A stretch of 64,000 nt of DNA from Eledone cirrhosa (lineage: Eukaryota), in NCBI GenBank assembly GCA_964016885.1, contig OZ024743.1, positions 290,470,001-290,534,000 of the forward strand. Reading direction: 5' to 3'. Position numbers and translations under genes: made by a program. The notes beneath the pieces were generated by a model. The model made no database searches. It saw only the letters and a program-made list of their open reading frames with translations, and had not been told where the DNA came from. Below are positions 51,901 to 64,000 of this stretch, piece by piece (positions within the stretch are counted from its first letter, which is position 1; each line of letters begins with the position of its first letter).

Positions 51901-53574
51901 CGGGACGTGGAGAGGCGGTGTCGTCTTATTCGGACGACATCACCGTGATGGTGTCGAACACCTCAGAAATCGAGGGGGTCGGCACCTCATTGATGGAATA
52001 TGAAAGGTGGACAGGAGCCAAACTTAACCCGGAAAATCGGTGGGCTTGCAGCTCGGAACCTGGAGAGGCAAGCCCATGCCGTCCAACAGCGTCGTGGGGC
52101 GCTGAACGGATGGACCGGTAAAGTTGCTCGGGGTTTGGTTCGGACCAGACCTCCAGGTGGAAAAAATAGGGACGAGGTAACGAGCAGAGTAGCCAGTCTC
52201 ACCCAAAGATGGACTGGCAGGAAGCTATCACTGAAAGGTCGAGCGGAGGTGGCGAACGCGTACATCGCGTCCGTCATCTACTACCGCCTGACCGTCGTGC
52301 TTTGCCCCCGTCCGCCCCTCGTCAAGTTGGAACGGCTTCTCTTCACATTTTTGTGGAGAGGACAAGTTCCGTTGGTGAGGCGGTCAATCTGCTGCCATCA
52401 CCCTCTACGCGGAGGGCTGGGCATGCCGTGGCTATTGATGCGCAGGCATGCGTTGAGGCTGCGACATCTCCAGCTATTCTGGCTCAACGGTGAACAGGTG
52501 TGGTCGCCGTTTATCAGACGGGCCTTTCCGCAGCTCATTTCTTTGACTGAGCTGCAGTCCTGGGTCAAGAATAGACCGAGACTGGGTGACTGGCACCTGG
52601 AATGTTGCCAGGCACTCACTGCCCTCTACCAAGCGGGCAATGCGATCAGTGGAACTTCCACTCCCAAGTTCTATAGAGGATTAGTGGTGGGCAAGTGCGA
52701 TGACGCACTCGGAGAAGCTTTGAGCCTCGACGAAGTCGAACTGAACAGTCTGTACCGGAGAACTTTTGAGCCGGGGACGATGGACAATTTCCAGAAATCC
52801 CTCGCTTAGCAGTGCTACCGGGGGGCACTGCCGGTTCGGGATAATCTCTACAGACACGGAAGTGCTGTCAGACGGACCTGCCCACTATGCGCACATAACG
52901 ACGAAACAGTTCTGCACGCACTTGTCCAATGTCCGTGCATTACTGACTTGTGGAGTTATGTCGAACAGCTACTGTCGCGTGTGGAACGAATCCTGCTATC
53001 GGCCGAGTCCATAGTGAAGATCGATCCACCGCCATCCTTAGGTCAGGAAGAGCAGGACATTTTCCTCTGTCTGGTGGCAGTTGCGAAAGAGGTTATATGG
53101 TGGATCAGGTTAAAAGGACTGAAGCCAGGCACTTTTCTCTTCGGCCAATCCCTCATCAACTTCTTCAAGTTTCACCTGGAAAGGAGGGTGAGGGTGGAGA
53201 GAGAAGTGCTGCCTTCCAGTACATTTGCTAAAAGGTGGGTGAATGTGGCGAGAATGTCTCGTGTGAATGGGCCTACTCTGACCATGCGCCTATAGGCTAG
53301 CTAACTTGAGGAGAGGGGTTCTCTCCCTGGGTGCCCTCAGAAGCGCAGGGTAGTTCAGGATTGGTGGGGTACGAGTCACCCCAGGGTCGTCCACCCCCTA
53401 TCGGGGAATTTATTTTGTTAAATTTATGCATAGTTTATTTTATATTTTTATATTTTCATTGTTAAATTAGTTTTTGCCATTGTGCACATTTACTCGACCT
53501 TATTGTAATCCCCCACTGTCCCTGTCTTTGTATAGCCCCCTATACGTCGGCCCTTGTGGCTAATAAATGAAATC
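48915..53574 (+). mobile_element. Tx1-C, truncated within ORF1, ORF2 complete but disrupted
   Basis: ORF1 stop at 49851; ORF2 ATG at 49885 (MAILRVGSLNVRGL); APE, RT (SVRQGCPLS, YSDD) and zinc finger; stop at 53295; AATAAA plus (ATT)n. Confidence 0.92.
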
Positions 53575-53596
53575 AGTATTATTATTATTATAGAAG

Positions 53597-53780
53597 GGCG
53601 GTGGATTGGCAGTATCGGTAGAGGGTCGGACACCATGCTTTCCAGCATAGTTACGTCCCTTTACAGTCTGAGTTCAAATCCCGCCGAGGTTGACTTTGCC
53701 TTTCATCCTTACGGGGTCGATAAAATAAAGTACCAGTAATGCACTGGGTAATTGCTGGCCTTGTGCCTAAAGTAGAAACA
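53597..53780 (+). mobile_element. tRNA-derived SINE between ATT tracts
   Basis: Nearly identical to 11866-12049, including the 5' flank TATAGAAG. Confidence 0.92.
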
Positions 53781-53810
53781 ATTATTATTATTGTTATTAT
53801 TATTATTATT

Positions 53811-56800
53811 GGCGACCTACGTAGTAAATCGTATCATCGTGAGCTCCGCAAAGGTTTGTTATTTCCGTTTGTTAAAAATTGACATTTATGGAAAATTTTT
53901 ATTGTTAACTATATATATGAGCACATACAATGTTTTCCGAAAAGGACACCCAAAAAGATTGGGGCCTTGTGCCCAAAAGTTAAACTTTTATGATTATCAA
54001 AAAATTTCTTTGAAAAAAAATGGCTAATTCACCACTGCACCAAGCATCTGAAAGCCTTTCTCACAAATTAACACCTCACACCGAGACCACCATTGTAAAT
54101 GATTATACGTCTTCCAACACAAACAATTTATGCACTAGCAATATTTTAAATTTGTTTCAGGCAGACATTCATTTCCCGCCATTACCAATGACTGCAGGTG
54201 TTAAAGCCGCCGCCACCACCACCACCGCGACAACCCCCACCCGCACCACCACCGCGACAACAGAAACAAAAGGAAAAAATAAATCAACTCGTGATGTCGA
54301 AATATTTTCAACCAAAATGGACTCTCCCAAACCGAACTTCACTGACGTCACCACCACCACAACTGAAACTAAAATTAATAATAACAAAAATAACGATAGC
54401 AACAACAACAGCAATGACATTAAAAAACCACCCTGAGTTTTGCCACAGTAGCAAAACAGTTCGAAGCATTTACGGTAACTCAGGAGGATTTAGAAAATGC
54501 CAAACAAATGGTAAAGAAAGATGGGTACAGGGTCAGCCTCCCCCCCTCCCCCCTAATAAAACGGAGCATCGGCGCCTGTGCACCGTGTCGTATCGAACAA
54601 TAAATGTAAAATCGCGCCGAGTGGAACGGGCATCCGAGTCCCAAATCCAAAAAGCTTTGGGACATGTGTGGGCAAGAAAAACCCACATCAGACGTGGACA
54701 GAAGTATGGAACCGTGGACGTGTTCTTTGAAACACAAGAGGAGGCTAGAGAACACTCCATGGCCCCATTAAAAGTGACGACTTCACACTCGTCCCAAGCT
54801 CTTGTGGCCAGAGACTCGTAAAGATCAGGGTGACCCACGTTCCACCGGCCATCGAAATTCCCTGGCTAATAGCGGCCGTCCTCGCCGGCATCGAAGCCAA
54901 CACAAAGATAATAGCAATAGCAAAAGAAAAGCAGGAGAACTGGTCCGGATCTGGGATGGAGCTCCTGATCGAAGCGGACCAAAAAAGCATTGAGGAGATC
55001 CCAGAGGTAATAGACCTCACTGACGGCAGCCACCTCACCGTAATTGTCGAGGGCAGAAGGCCTAGGTGTGTCGTTTGTGGTGAAGGAACCCACCTAGGGG
55101 CTTTCTGCCCTCAGGCTAAAAGGTTGAGGCCACCTCTCCTACCCACCCCAGTGACACAACCATCAACACCACCAGTAGCAGAGATGGCAGCATCAACTGT
55201 AGCAGCAACAACAGAAGCAACTATAACAGCAACAACCCCAGAAACAGTAGCAAAACCAACACCACCACCACCCAACGCTTAAGAACTAGCACCAGCGGCT
55301 ACACCATCCACCACGCCACAACCAAAACTAACGCCTGTGGAGGATTTTCCACTCCCCGGCCTATCACAACTGGAGACAGATTGTGACGACGAGGAGAGGG
55401 AAACGGTATCAGGAAAAAAAAAAGAGACCAAAAAATAAAAAAATTCTCTTCCTTCCCCCTCCAAAAACAAAATACAGAGGGAAACAAATAAATTATCAAA
55501 CAAAAAAGTTAGGACAGATATGCCACCATCCACACCAGCATCACCAACCCCATCAACCCAAACACCAACACCATCACCATCATTAACCTCAACACCACCA
55601 TCACCTACACCACAAAAGTCACCAAAATGCGAAACAGAAACAAACCCACAACAAACGCACACAAAACAAAACAACCAAAACGATACACACTACACAGCAT
55701 TAAGTTTGAACAACAATGGCGGTGGATTGGCAGTATCGGTAGAGGTTCGGACGCCATGCTTTGACGCATAGAGTTACGGCCCTTGCCATTCTGAGTTCAA
55801 ATCCCGCCGAGGTTAACTTTGCCTTTCATCCTTACGGGGTCGATAAAATAAAGTACCAGTAATGTACTGGGTAATTTTCTGGCCTTGTGCCAATAGTAGA
55901 AACAATTAAGTTTGAACAACAACCAATTATTACACTACATCCAACACAACACCAGCATCACAGAAAAAGACTACACAACAACCCAAAAATTCACACCACC
56001 TCCACACATACAAATCACTCGCATCACACAGAAAACGTACATGACACTAAAACAAAAATTACCCAAAGACATCGGAGACTTCCGACAAGCACACTCCAGA
56101 AGGATTTATAAGGACATCCTTCCTGAGGTGGCCACAAGCAGTTTAAAGGATGGAAAAACCGTCCTTCCCCTACGAGAAGTAAGGTAAGTGGTCTTTCCCA
56201 TCTTTTCCACTCCTTTTCAACATGACCTCACTCAGAATAGGCAGCATAAATGCGCGTGGCTTGGGTCGTCATGGAAGCAGGGCCACCTGCTCAACGACCT
56301 CAGGTCAGTAAACATAGATGTAGTGGCCATCAGCGAGACCAGAATCTTCGAAGCACGGGCCTTCGCACCGATCTTCAGCGGCTACGATGTGTAGCATCTC
56401 CCAGCCGTCCGGGATCGGGAGGTGGAGTTGCTGTGCTTTTTCGGAGAGGTTTGGATATTTCCATACGGGCCATCTTCCTGGATCCAGAAGGTAAGTTGGT
56501 GGTGCTGGACGTGACCAGCGGAGACGGGCAAGCTTTAAGGTTAGTAGCCGTCTATGCCCCGACAGGAACAGGGCGGCCTGATTTCTTCCGGCGTCTGGAG
56601 ACCTTTCTTGGAATGTCCCGCTCTTTAGTGTTAGTGGGCGACTGGAACGGGATCTTAGATGCACGCTGGGATTGTGTGGGATTAGTGGATAGGGAAGGAG
56701 GGTGCAAGAGTCTCACCAACCTGCTCAGGCGTTTTGAACTGTCTGACAGGTACCGAATGGATTTCCCGAATGTACCAATGTGGACTTGGACAAATCGTAT

Positions 56801-59800
56801 CGGGTCATCCAGATCATATCTAGATAGAGTATTTTGTAGGGAAATAGATAGGTCTAGCATAGGCTGTCCACAATTCAAGATAGTCAGCTACACGGACCAC
56901 ACATTCGTGATGTGTGTGCTTGACTTAGATAGGCTTCATAGACGTGGACCTGGCTACTGGAAGCTAAACACGTCCTTACCAGCGCGCAAGGCCTACAGAG
57001 ACCGGATTAGCGAACTAGTTAAGCGGGCGTTGACGGGGGCCATCGTCAACAACAAGTGGTGGTTTGCTCTGAAAAGAGCAATTAGAATAGAGTCCATTAG
57101 GTTTAGTAAGGCTTTAGCAATAGAGAAAAATAGAGCAGAGAGAGAATTAGTTAGAAAATTAGACGAGACGCTTAGCAAAGGCATCGCGACCGACGTACTT
57201 GCGGCGAAATTGGCCCTTGACAAATTCTTCAATGCAAAGCACGAAGGCTGCGTTGTCAGAACTAGGGTGCGTGCTCTCAGACACGAGGGGACGAAAGCCG
57301 TTCAATGGGCCCGAGTGGCGGAGGTGCGTCGTGGCATTAAAGCCACGATCCAGTCTTTGGTGGACCACGACGGGCGCATGCTACTCGATCCCGGGAAAAT
57401 GTGTGAAGCTTTTCAGCGACACTTCGCTCAACTGTTCGGGGGCAGTGGCGGGCCGGATCGAGAGATGGACTTTAGTGTCTACCTCGACGGACTGCCGCGG
57501 CTTTCGGCCACGGAGGCGGAGTGTTGCGAAAAGCCGATAACAACCGCTGAAGTACGGGAGGCAATGACTGGCTGCACAAGGGGTAAATCACCTGGTTTAG
57601 ATGGTCTGCCCTATGAACTTTACGTACAAATGCCAGACTTGTTCGGAGGCCTCTTGGCGGACGTCTACTTCAACTGGCAACAGAACGGGAGAATTCCCAG
57701 CTCTGTGAGCCGAGTAGCGGTGGCGCTGCTGAGAAAGGATCCGAACAAGGGGGATAACATAGATAATTTTAGGCCCATAACTCTGCTAAACACAGAGTTC
57801 AAGATTTTGGCCAAGGTGCTAGCAAAGAGGTTGGCGCTTGTCGTTGGTGGTCTGGTGAGAGAGGCACAGACATGCGCCATTCCCGACAGATCCATCCACG
57901 ACAACCTCCACCTCATGCGATACATCGTAGAGAGGGTAGCTAGGGAACCTGGTACGGGTGGGTCTTTGATCAATTTAGATCAGTCGAAAGCCTTCGATAG
58001 GGTCGACCATCGTAACCTTGCGGCAGTCCTGAGCGCGGCTGGCTTTGGGCCCATCTTCAGAGGCTGGATCGCTGCCATGCACAGCGACATCTGCTCTGTA
58101 GTGAGAGTGAACGGTCACCTTTCGGAACCGTTCAACATCATGCGCTCGGTCTGCCAAGGATGTCCCATCTCGTCCCTATTGTACGTACTCCTCTCGAGCC
58201 ATTACTGCACGGACTGGAGACGTTGAGGGGAGTCCCGCGCGAACTAGGATGCGGAAGATCCGTGTCAGCATATGCGGACGATGTCACCGTAGTGGTGTCG
58301 AACGCCAAACACATCGAGGCGAGTGGCACTACACTAAGAGAATAAGAAGCGGTGACAGGAGCAATGATCAACCAGTAAAAGTCAGTGGGCCTGCAGCTCG
58401 GCACCTGGAGAGGCAGGTCCATGCCGTCCAACAGCGTCGTCGGGCGCTGGACGGACGGACCGGTTAAATTGCTAGGGGTCTGGTTCGATCCAGTCCTCCA
58501 GACGGACAAAAACTGGGAGGAGGTGACGAGCAGGGTGGCTTCTCTCATCCAGAAATGGGCCGAGAGGAAGCTATTTCTGAAAGGTCGAGCGGAGGTGGCT
58601 ACCGCGCACATCGCGTCCGTCATCTACTACCGCCTGACCGTCGTACCTTGTCCTAAGCCCCGCCTGACTGCGCTGGAGCGTTTGCTCTTTCGCTTCTTGT
58701 GGAAGGGACGCGCTCCGATGGTCAGGCGGTCCATCTGCTGTCAACACCCGCTAAGTAGAGGACTGGGTATGCCGTGGCTGATGATGCGCAGACACGCGTT
58801 CAGGTTACGACATCTCCACCTCTACCTCGACGGTGATCAGGTGTGGTCGCCGTTTGCTAGACACGTTTTTCCCCAGCTCGTCTCCTTGACGGAGCTGCAG
58901 TCCTGGGTCAAGTGAAGACCGAGAGGGAGCGCTTGGAGACTGGAATGTCTTCAGGCGCTCACAGCCCTCGACCAATCGGGCAATGTGATCGGTGGAAACT
59001 CTACCTTGGCGTTCTATAGGGGATTAGTGGAGGGTAAGAGCGACAACGTACTTGGAGAAAATCTAGGCGTCGACGAAAATCAACTAGCCAATCTCTTCGG
59101 AAGGACTTTCGGGCCGGGGCCTGTGGACAACTTCCAGAAATCCCTGGCCTGGCAGTGCTACCGGGGAGCTTTGCCAGTTCGGGATAAATTCTACAGGCAT
59201 TGAGGTGCCGTGAGTCGGGCATGTCCGAGATGCGCGCAGGGCGACGAAACCGTCCTGCACGCACTCGTCCAGTGTCCGAGCATTGCTGACTTGTGGGTTT
59301 ATGTCGAACAACTGCTGGCACGCGTAGGACGGATCCAGCTATCAGCTGAGTCTATCGTGAGGATTGCACCACCCTCTTCCTTTAGCCGGGAAGGGCAGGC
59401 AGTTTTTATCTGTCTGGTGGCCATGGCGAAAGAGATAGTATGGTGGACACGTTTGAAAGGGCTGAAGACGAGCACTTACCTCTTCGGTGATGCCCTGATT
59501 AACTTTTTCAAATTTCATTTGAAAAGGAAAATCAGGGTAGAGAGGGAAGTGCTCTCTTCCCAGCATTTTGTTGAAAGATGGGTGAGAGAAGCAAGTATGG
59601 CCCGAATGAATGGGCCTTCTCTGAGTATGTGTATGTAAATTAAGGGTGTAAAACTGGGAGAGGGCACTTGCCCTGGTGGTCAGGGTCACTGTGGTCTTTT
59701 AATGGGCTTTCTCCACAAATGTCCCTCGGAAGTCTCCCCCCTATTGGGGAATTTTTCTTTGTTATTTTATTACATCCTCTGTTTTTTTACAAGCAGAAAT

Positions 59801-59881
59801 GCCCATTTTTACCGTCCTGTATTGTCCTGTACTGTCCTTAATGTCTACTTTATGTAGACCCTTGGGGTTAATAAAGAAAAC
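53811..59881 (+). mobile_element. Tx1-A, full length, disrupted, with a nested SINE
   Basis: 5' GGCGACC directly after (ATT)n; ORF1 about 54020-56187; ORF2 56222-59638 (long open stretch to 58226); 3' AATAAAGAAAAC(ATT)n. Confidence 0.94.
55718..55904 (+). mobile_element. SINE inserted in Tx1-A ORF1 with an 18-bp TSD
   Basis: ATTAAGTTTGAACAACAA at 55699-55716 and 55905-55922; the empty site is present in the other Tx1-A copy at about 7526-7543. Confidence 0.95.
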
Positions 59882-59903
59882 ATTATTATTATTATTATTA
59901 TTA

Positions 59904-62362
59904 CAGTTGCATTTATCTTGCTTTATGTTCATACGAGTTATCACCAAGTCACAACCAGTGACCCCAAGAGACAACAAGGTCCGCCATGTTCAAGAAAGAA
60001 CATACATATTCACACATGCATCTTTAGTGTTTAGACTTGTGATGTACTTATATTGACAGAATCTTCCTTAGTATATGGGCAGTTCCCATTAGTACTATCT
60101 TTTGTATTTCTCCTATACGCGGGTTTCCTGGGATTTGCGATAAGTAGTCATTAGACCCCTTAGGTATCATTCCCAGAGCGCCTACAACCACTGGTATTGT
60201 TTTAGTTCTCAATTTCCACATTTTTCCAATTTCTATCTCCAGGTCCTTATACTTGCTCAATTTTTCAAATGTTTTTATAGATACATTCTTGTCTATTGGA
60301 ACAGACATATCAATTAGCAGGCATACCCTCTTTTGAAAGTCGTTCAATATTATATCAGGTCTATTTGCATCTATTTTTCGGTCTGTTTGGATGCTAAAGT
60401 TCCACAAGATTGAGATGTGATCTTTTTCAAGTATGGGAGATGGTTGATGCTCCCACCAATTCTTTTGATGGGGCAGGTCAAAATGCTTACACATTATCCA
60501 ATGTATGTATTGTGCAGCTCTGTCATGCCTGTTTAGGTATTCGGTTGGAGCTATAGGACTGCACATTGAAATTATATGGTCAATGGTCTCTGGTTGTTTT
60601 TTGCATACACGGCATAATGGGCTGCACCCATTTTTTATTATGTTGGCTTGGTAATTTTTTGTTGGCAGACACTGATCTTGTGCCGATATAATCAGTCCTT
60701 CAGTCTCCGATTTCAGTCCAGAGGATGCCAACCACTGATGGGTTAAAGTTTTGTCAAACATCAGGATTGTTAGCTCACTCTGGGTATTTTCCATACAGAG
60801 GCTTTTCTTGCCATTTCTTAGCCAGTTTCTGTAGCAGTTCTTTCTTTGCAGTTACTTTTACCTGCTTTGCTTTTTCTGTGTTTTCCATTTCAGCAGTAAA
60901 TGGGACTTCTGAAATTTGTAGTCCATTACTGTATCTTTGTGCATCTTTTGTAATGGAATATGATCTTTTGATGCTTTCGTGTTTCAAAACGATTTTGATC
61001 ATCCAATCATGTGATTCCCTTAGATATGTAGATAATCCAATTGTTGCAGTTTTCAACGCAATGTCTAACTGGATTAACCCACGTCCTCCTTCTTTCCTAG
61101 GGAGATATATTCTATCTATATCTGCCTTAGGGTGATGCATTCTGTGCATGGTTAAGAATTTTCGAATTTTTGTATCGAGCCTACGGATCTCTGTGCTTGA
61201 CCAGTTGATGACATTGTAACTGTAGGTTATTACTGGTATGGCAAGCGTGTTTATGGCATCGATCCTATTCCTTGCATTCAATTCCGTTCTTAAGATTGCT
61301 CTTACTCTGCGGTAACATTCCTTCCTTATCCTTTCCCTCATTGTCGAGTGATTTATTCCGTCTCCTTCACAAACACCTAGATATTTGTAAGTTTTTTCTT
61401 GATCAAGTTCTCTTATCACGTTCCCCCGATCAAGATTAATGTCTGAACTCCTCAGCAGCTTTCCTCTGGTGAACGTTGCTTTGGCGCATTTATCTAGTCC
61501 AAACTCCATTTTAATGTCACCACTGAACGGCTTCACAGTGGATAATAGCCCTTGCAATTGTTCATCATTTTTTGCAAATAGTTTCAGGTCATCCATGTAG
61601 AACAGGTGATTAATGGTTGTGTCATAGACTTTATATCCATGTTTTGTTTCATTGAGCATTTTACTTAATGGTATAAGTGCGATGCAGAATAAAAGCGTTG
61701 ATAAAGAGTCACCCTGAAAAATTCCACAATTAATATTAACTTCTCCAGCTTCCAGTGATTTTGTTTCACTATTCAAAAGGAGTGTCGTTTTCCATGTCTT
61801 CATACTGAATGACAAAAACCTCCTGACAACGGGGGATATTTTCAAAATCTCTAAACATTTTTCAATCCAACTGTGTGGCAAACTATCGAATGCTTTTTTA
61901 TAATCTATCCAAGCAATCGATAGATTTTTGTGTCTATTATGACAATCTTCCAGTATCATTTTGTTAACCAGAAGCTGATCCTTACAGTCATATGAGCCTC
62001 GTTTACACCCTTTCTGCTCAATGGGAAATAGGTCATTTGTTATCAGGTGGTCATATGTGTATTCAGTTAGGACTGATGTTAAAATTTTATACATTGTGGT
62101 CAAGCAAGTTATCGGTCTGTAATTTTGGGGATTGTTTGTCTCATCATTCTTCGGAAGCAGGAATGTAAGGCCGTTAACTAGCCATGATGGTATCTTTTCT
62201 GGCTCCTTAACTATTTCATTGTAAAGTTGGGCTAACAGCTCATGAGACTCTGTGAAGGCATTTATCCAAAAGTTTTGTATTTTGTCTTTTCCTGGGGATT
62301 TCCATTTGCTGGTTTTTCTTAGAGCCAAGCGCAACTGTTCAACTGTTATATTTTCCCATGTT
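59904..62362 (-). mobile_element. Dong-1, 5'-truncated just upstream of RT
   Basis: ORFs 60775-62334 (RT) and 60048-60794 (CCHC plus RLE) are nearly identical to about 1097-3546; TTA tracts on both sides. Confidence 0.94.
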
Positions 62363-62394
62363 TTATTACTATTATTATTATTATTGTTGTTATT

Positions 62395-64000
62395 CCTTGA
62401 ATCTCAGTCATTGATGTTGGTTAACTGGAAAGTCCGTTGGATTGAATATCAAGCCACTACCTGCAGCCTCAGATATTCAGGACGTATCGGAGGGTTCTTT
62501 CTGTTCCAAACTAGCATGCCTTTTGAAGCGTTCCAAAAAGCGTGAAGGGGCCGATTTTCTTTAACCATCCCTGGAAACTTTTGGAGATAGTCCCCAGTGC
62601 GCCTATGACAATCGAGATCACTTTGACTTCATGGCAGTTCCAAATCCTTTTCACCTCCCACTTTAGGCCTGGTATCGGTTAATTTTCTCCCTCTCCTTCT
62701 CTTGCACTCTCGTGTCGAATGGGCAGGCCACATCCACAATCAGACACGACCTTTTTTCTTTGTCCACAACCACCAGGTCAGGTCTATTGTGTTCCAGTTT
62801 TTTGTCCGTCTGTATCCTAAAATCCCACAGCACCTTCACCTGATTGTTCTCCATCACCGCCTCTGGCCTATGCTCATACTATTTCTCAGAATGTGGTAAA
62901 TTGTTTACTTTGCACAGGTGCCAGTGGATCACCCTGCCCATCACATCGTGTCTCCAGCCCTTATAGTGGGTCTGAGCTAGGTGTTTACACTCGGACACAA
63001 TGTGAGCCACAGTCTCCTCTCTCTCTCCACAGATCCTGCACAGTGGGCTAGCCTCCTCCTTGTAAATATGGTGCTTCAACCACTTCGTTTTGAGGGCCTG
63101 CTCCTGCGCAGCCATTAGCATTCCTTCTGTAGCCTTTTTGAGGTCTCCTCTTCTCAACCAGTTCCATGTCTGTGGATCTCTAAATTCAGTTTTCTCAAAG
63201 AAGGTACTATGAAGGGATTTTCCCTTAAGGCTGCTCTTCCTCCTTGATGTTATTTCCTCCTTGGACATCCCCTGGCCTACTGTCCCCTCCTTCAGTACAG
63301 TTCTGAGCATTGGCTCCTTACTATAGGTCACGTATTTGTATAGGTTGTTTTTCTCCATCTGAACACAGTCCTCTATGCTGATAAGACCTCTTCCACCCTC
63401 AGATCTCCTTAGGTAGAGTCTATTGACATCACTCCTATTGTGGAACATGTTGTAGATAGTCAATAGCTTCCTAGTCTTCCTATCCATTTCTTTTTGTTCA
63501 GCAACATTACATCTCAGAATTCCCGAACTGTACCTAATAATAGACACAGCTCGGGAATTTACTGCGCTTATGGCATTTCTGCTGTTCAGATGTGACTTCA
63601 ATACGCTCCTTACTCTCCGAATGTATTCAGTTCTTAACAATTCCTTCATTTTTTTGTTCTTTATGCCATCAGCCTCCAGAACGCCCAAATACTTGTATCC
63701 TTCCTCAGAGTCAATTTCCTTTATCATCTCACCTGTTGGTATCTGGATCCCGTTACTTCTGCTCAACCTACCCCTCCTCATCACAATGACTCTATATTTA
63801 CCAATACCAAACTGCATACATATATCACTGCTGAAAATACGGACAGTGTCAACAAGCACATCCAACTCCTTCTCACTTTTCCCGAAGAGCTTAAGATCGT
63901 CCATGAAGAGGAGGTGATTGATGGTAAGCTCTCCCCTTCCCAACTTGTATCCTGCTCTCACTTTTCGCAGCATAATGGTCAAGGGCATCAGGGCAAGGAC
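62395..64000 (-). mobile_element. Second R4/Dong family (Dong-2), continuing beyond the window
   Basis: HLLFMDDLKLF, EGGRGL, CRICGEREETVAHIVSEC and NRPDLVVVDK..IVDVACP; 3' end runs into a (TAA)-type tract. Confidence 0.92.

Noticed and set aside
53811-53900. HDV-like ribozyme at the Tx1-A 5' end (GGCGACC..)
   Set aside because: I could not find a P1 partner strand or the nested pseudoknot by eye.
58913-59760. Selenocysteine reading of the Tx1-A UGA with the 3' UTR as SECIS
   Set aside because: The position aligns with Lys/Asn rather than Cys in sister subfamilies, and no AUGA/GA SECIS core is visible in the UTR.

Overview
This is repeat-saturated, AT-rich animal DNA. The SINE family and dense (TA)n/(CA)n/(TAA)n tracts suggest an octopus or other cephalopod (inference). 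No intact host gene is present; there is one candidate terminal exon at 35773-35911. The window splits into two microsatellite niches. (1) At 1-12967 and 48915-64000, chains of non-LTR retroelements are joined end to end by (TAA)n/(ATT)n tracts: R4/Dong-type RLE elements, three Tx1-type APE subfamilies and a tRNA-derived SINE. Orientation is strict: Dong follows the TAA strand, Tx1 and the SINE follow the ATT strand. The SINE 3' tail resembles the Tx1 3' end. (2) At about 21-46 kb, Penelope-like elements and short derivatives sit in (TA)n tracts and carry many minimal hammerhead ribozymes, including U3:A8 core variants and four covarying copies within 1 kb at 33.8-34.8 kb. Also present are a hAT-Charlie-type element with nested Helitron/SINE/PLE pieces, decayed RTE and Tx1 copies, and a mariner remnant. 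Speculative leads: a head-to-head Tx1 junction possibly formed by two simultaneous insertions, a shared GUU-UGA-C frameshift in two Dong copies, a shared in-frame UGA in three Tx1 copies, and a conserved AG|GTAAG at the Tx1 ORF1 stop that could splice ORF1 in frame to ORF2. All identities and alignments were judged by eye.
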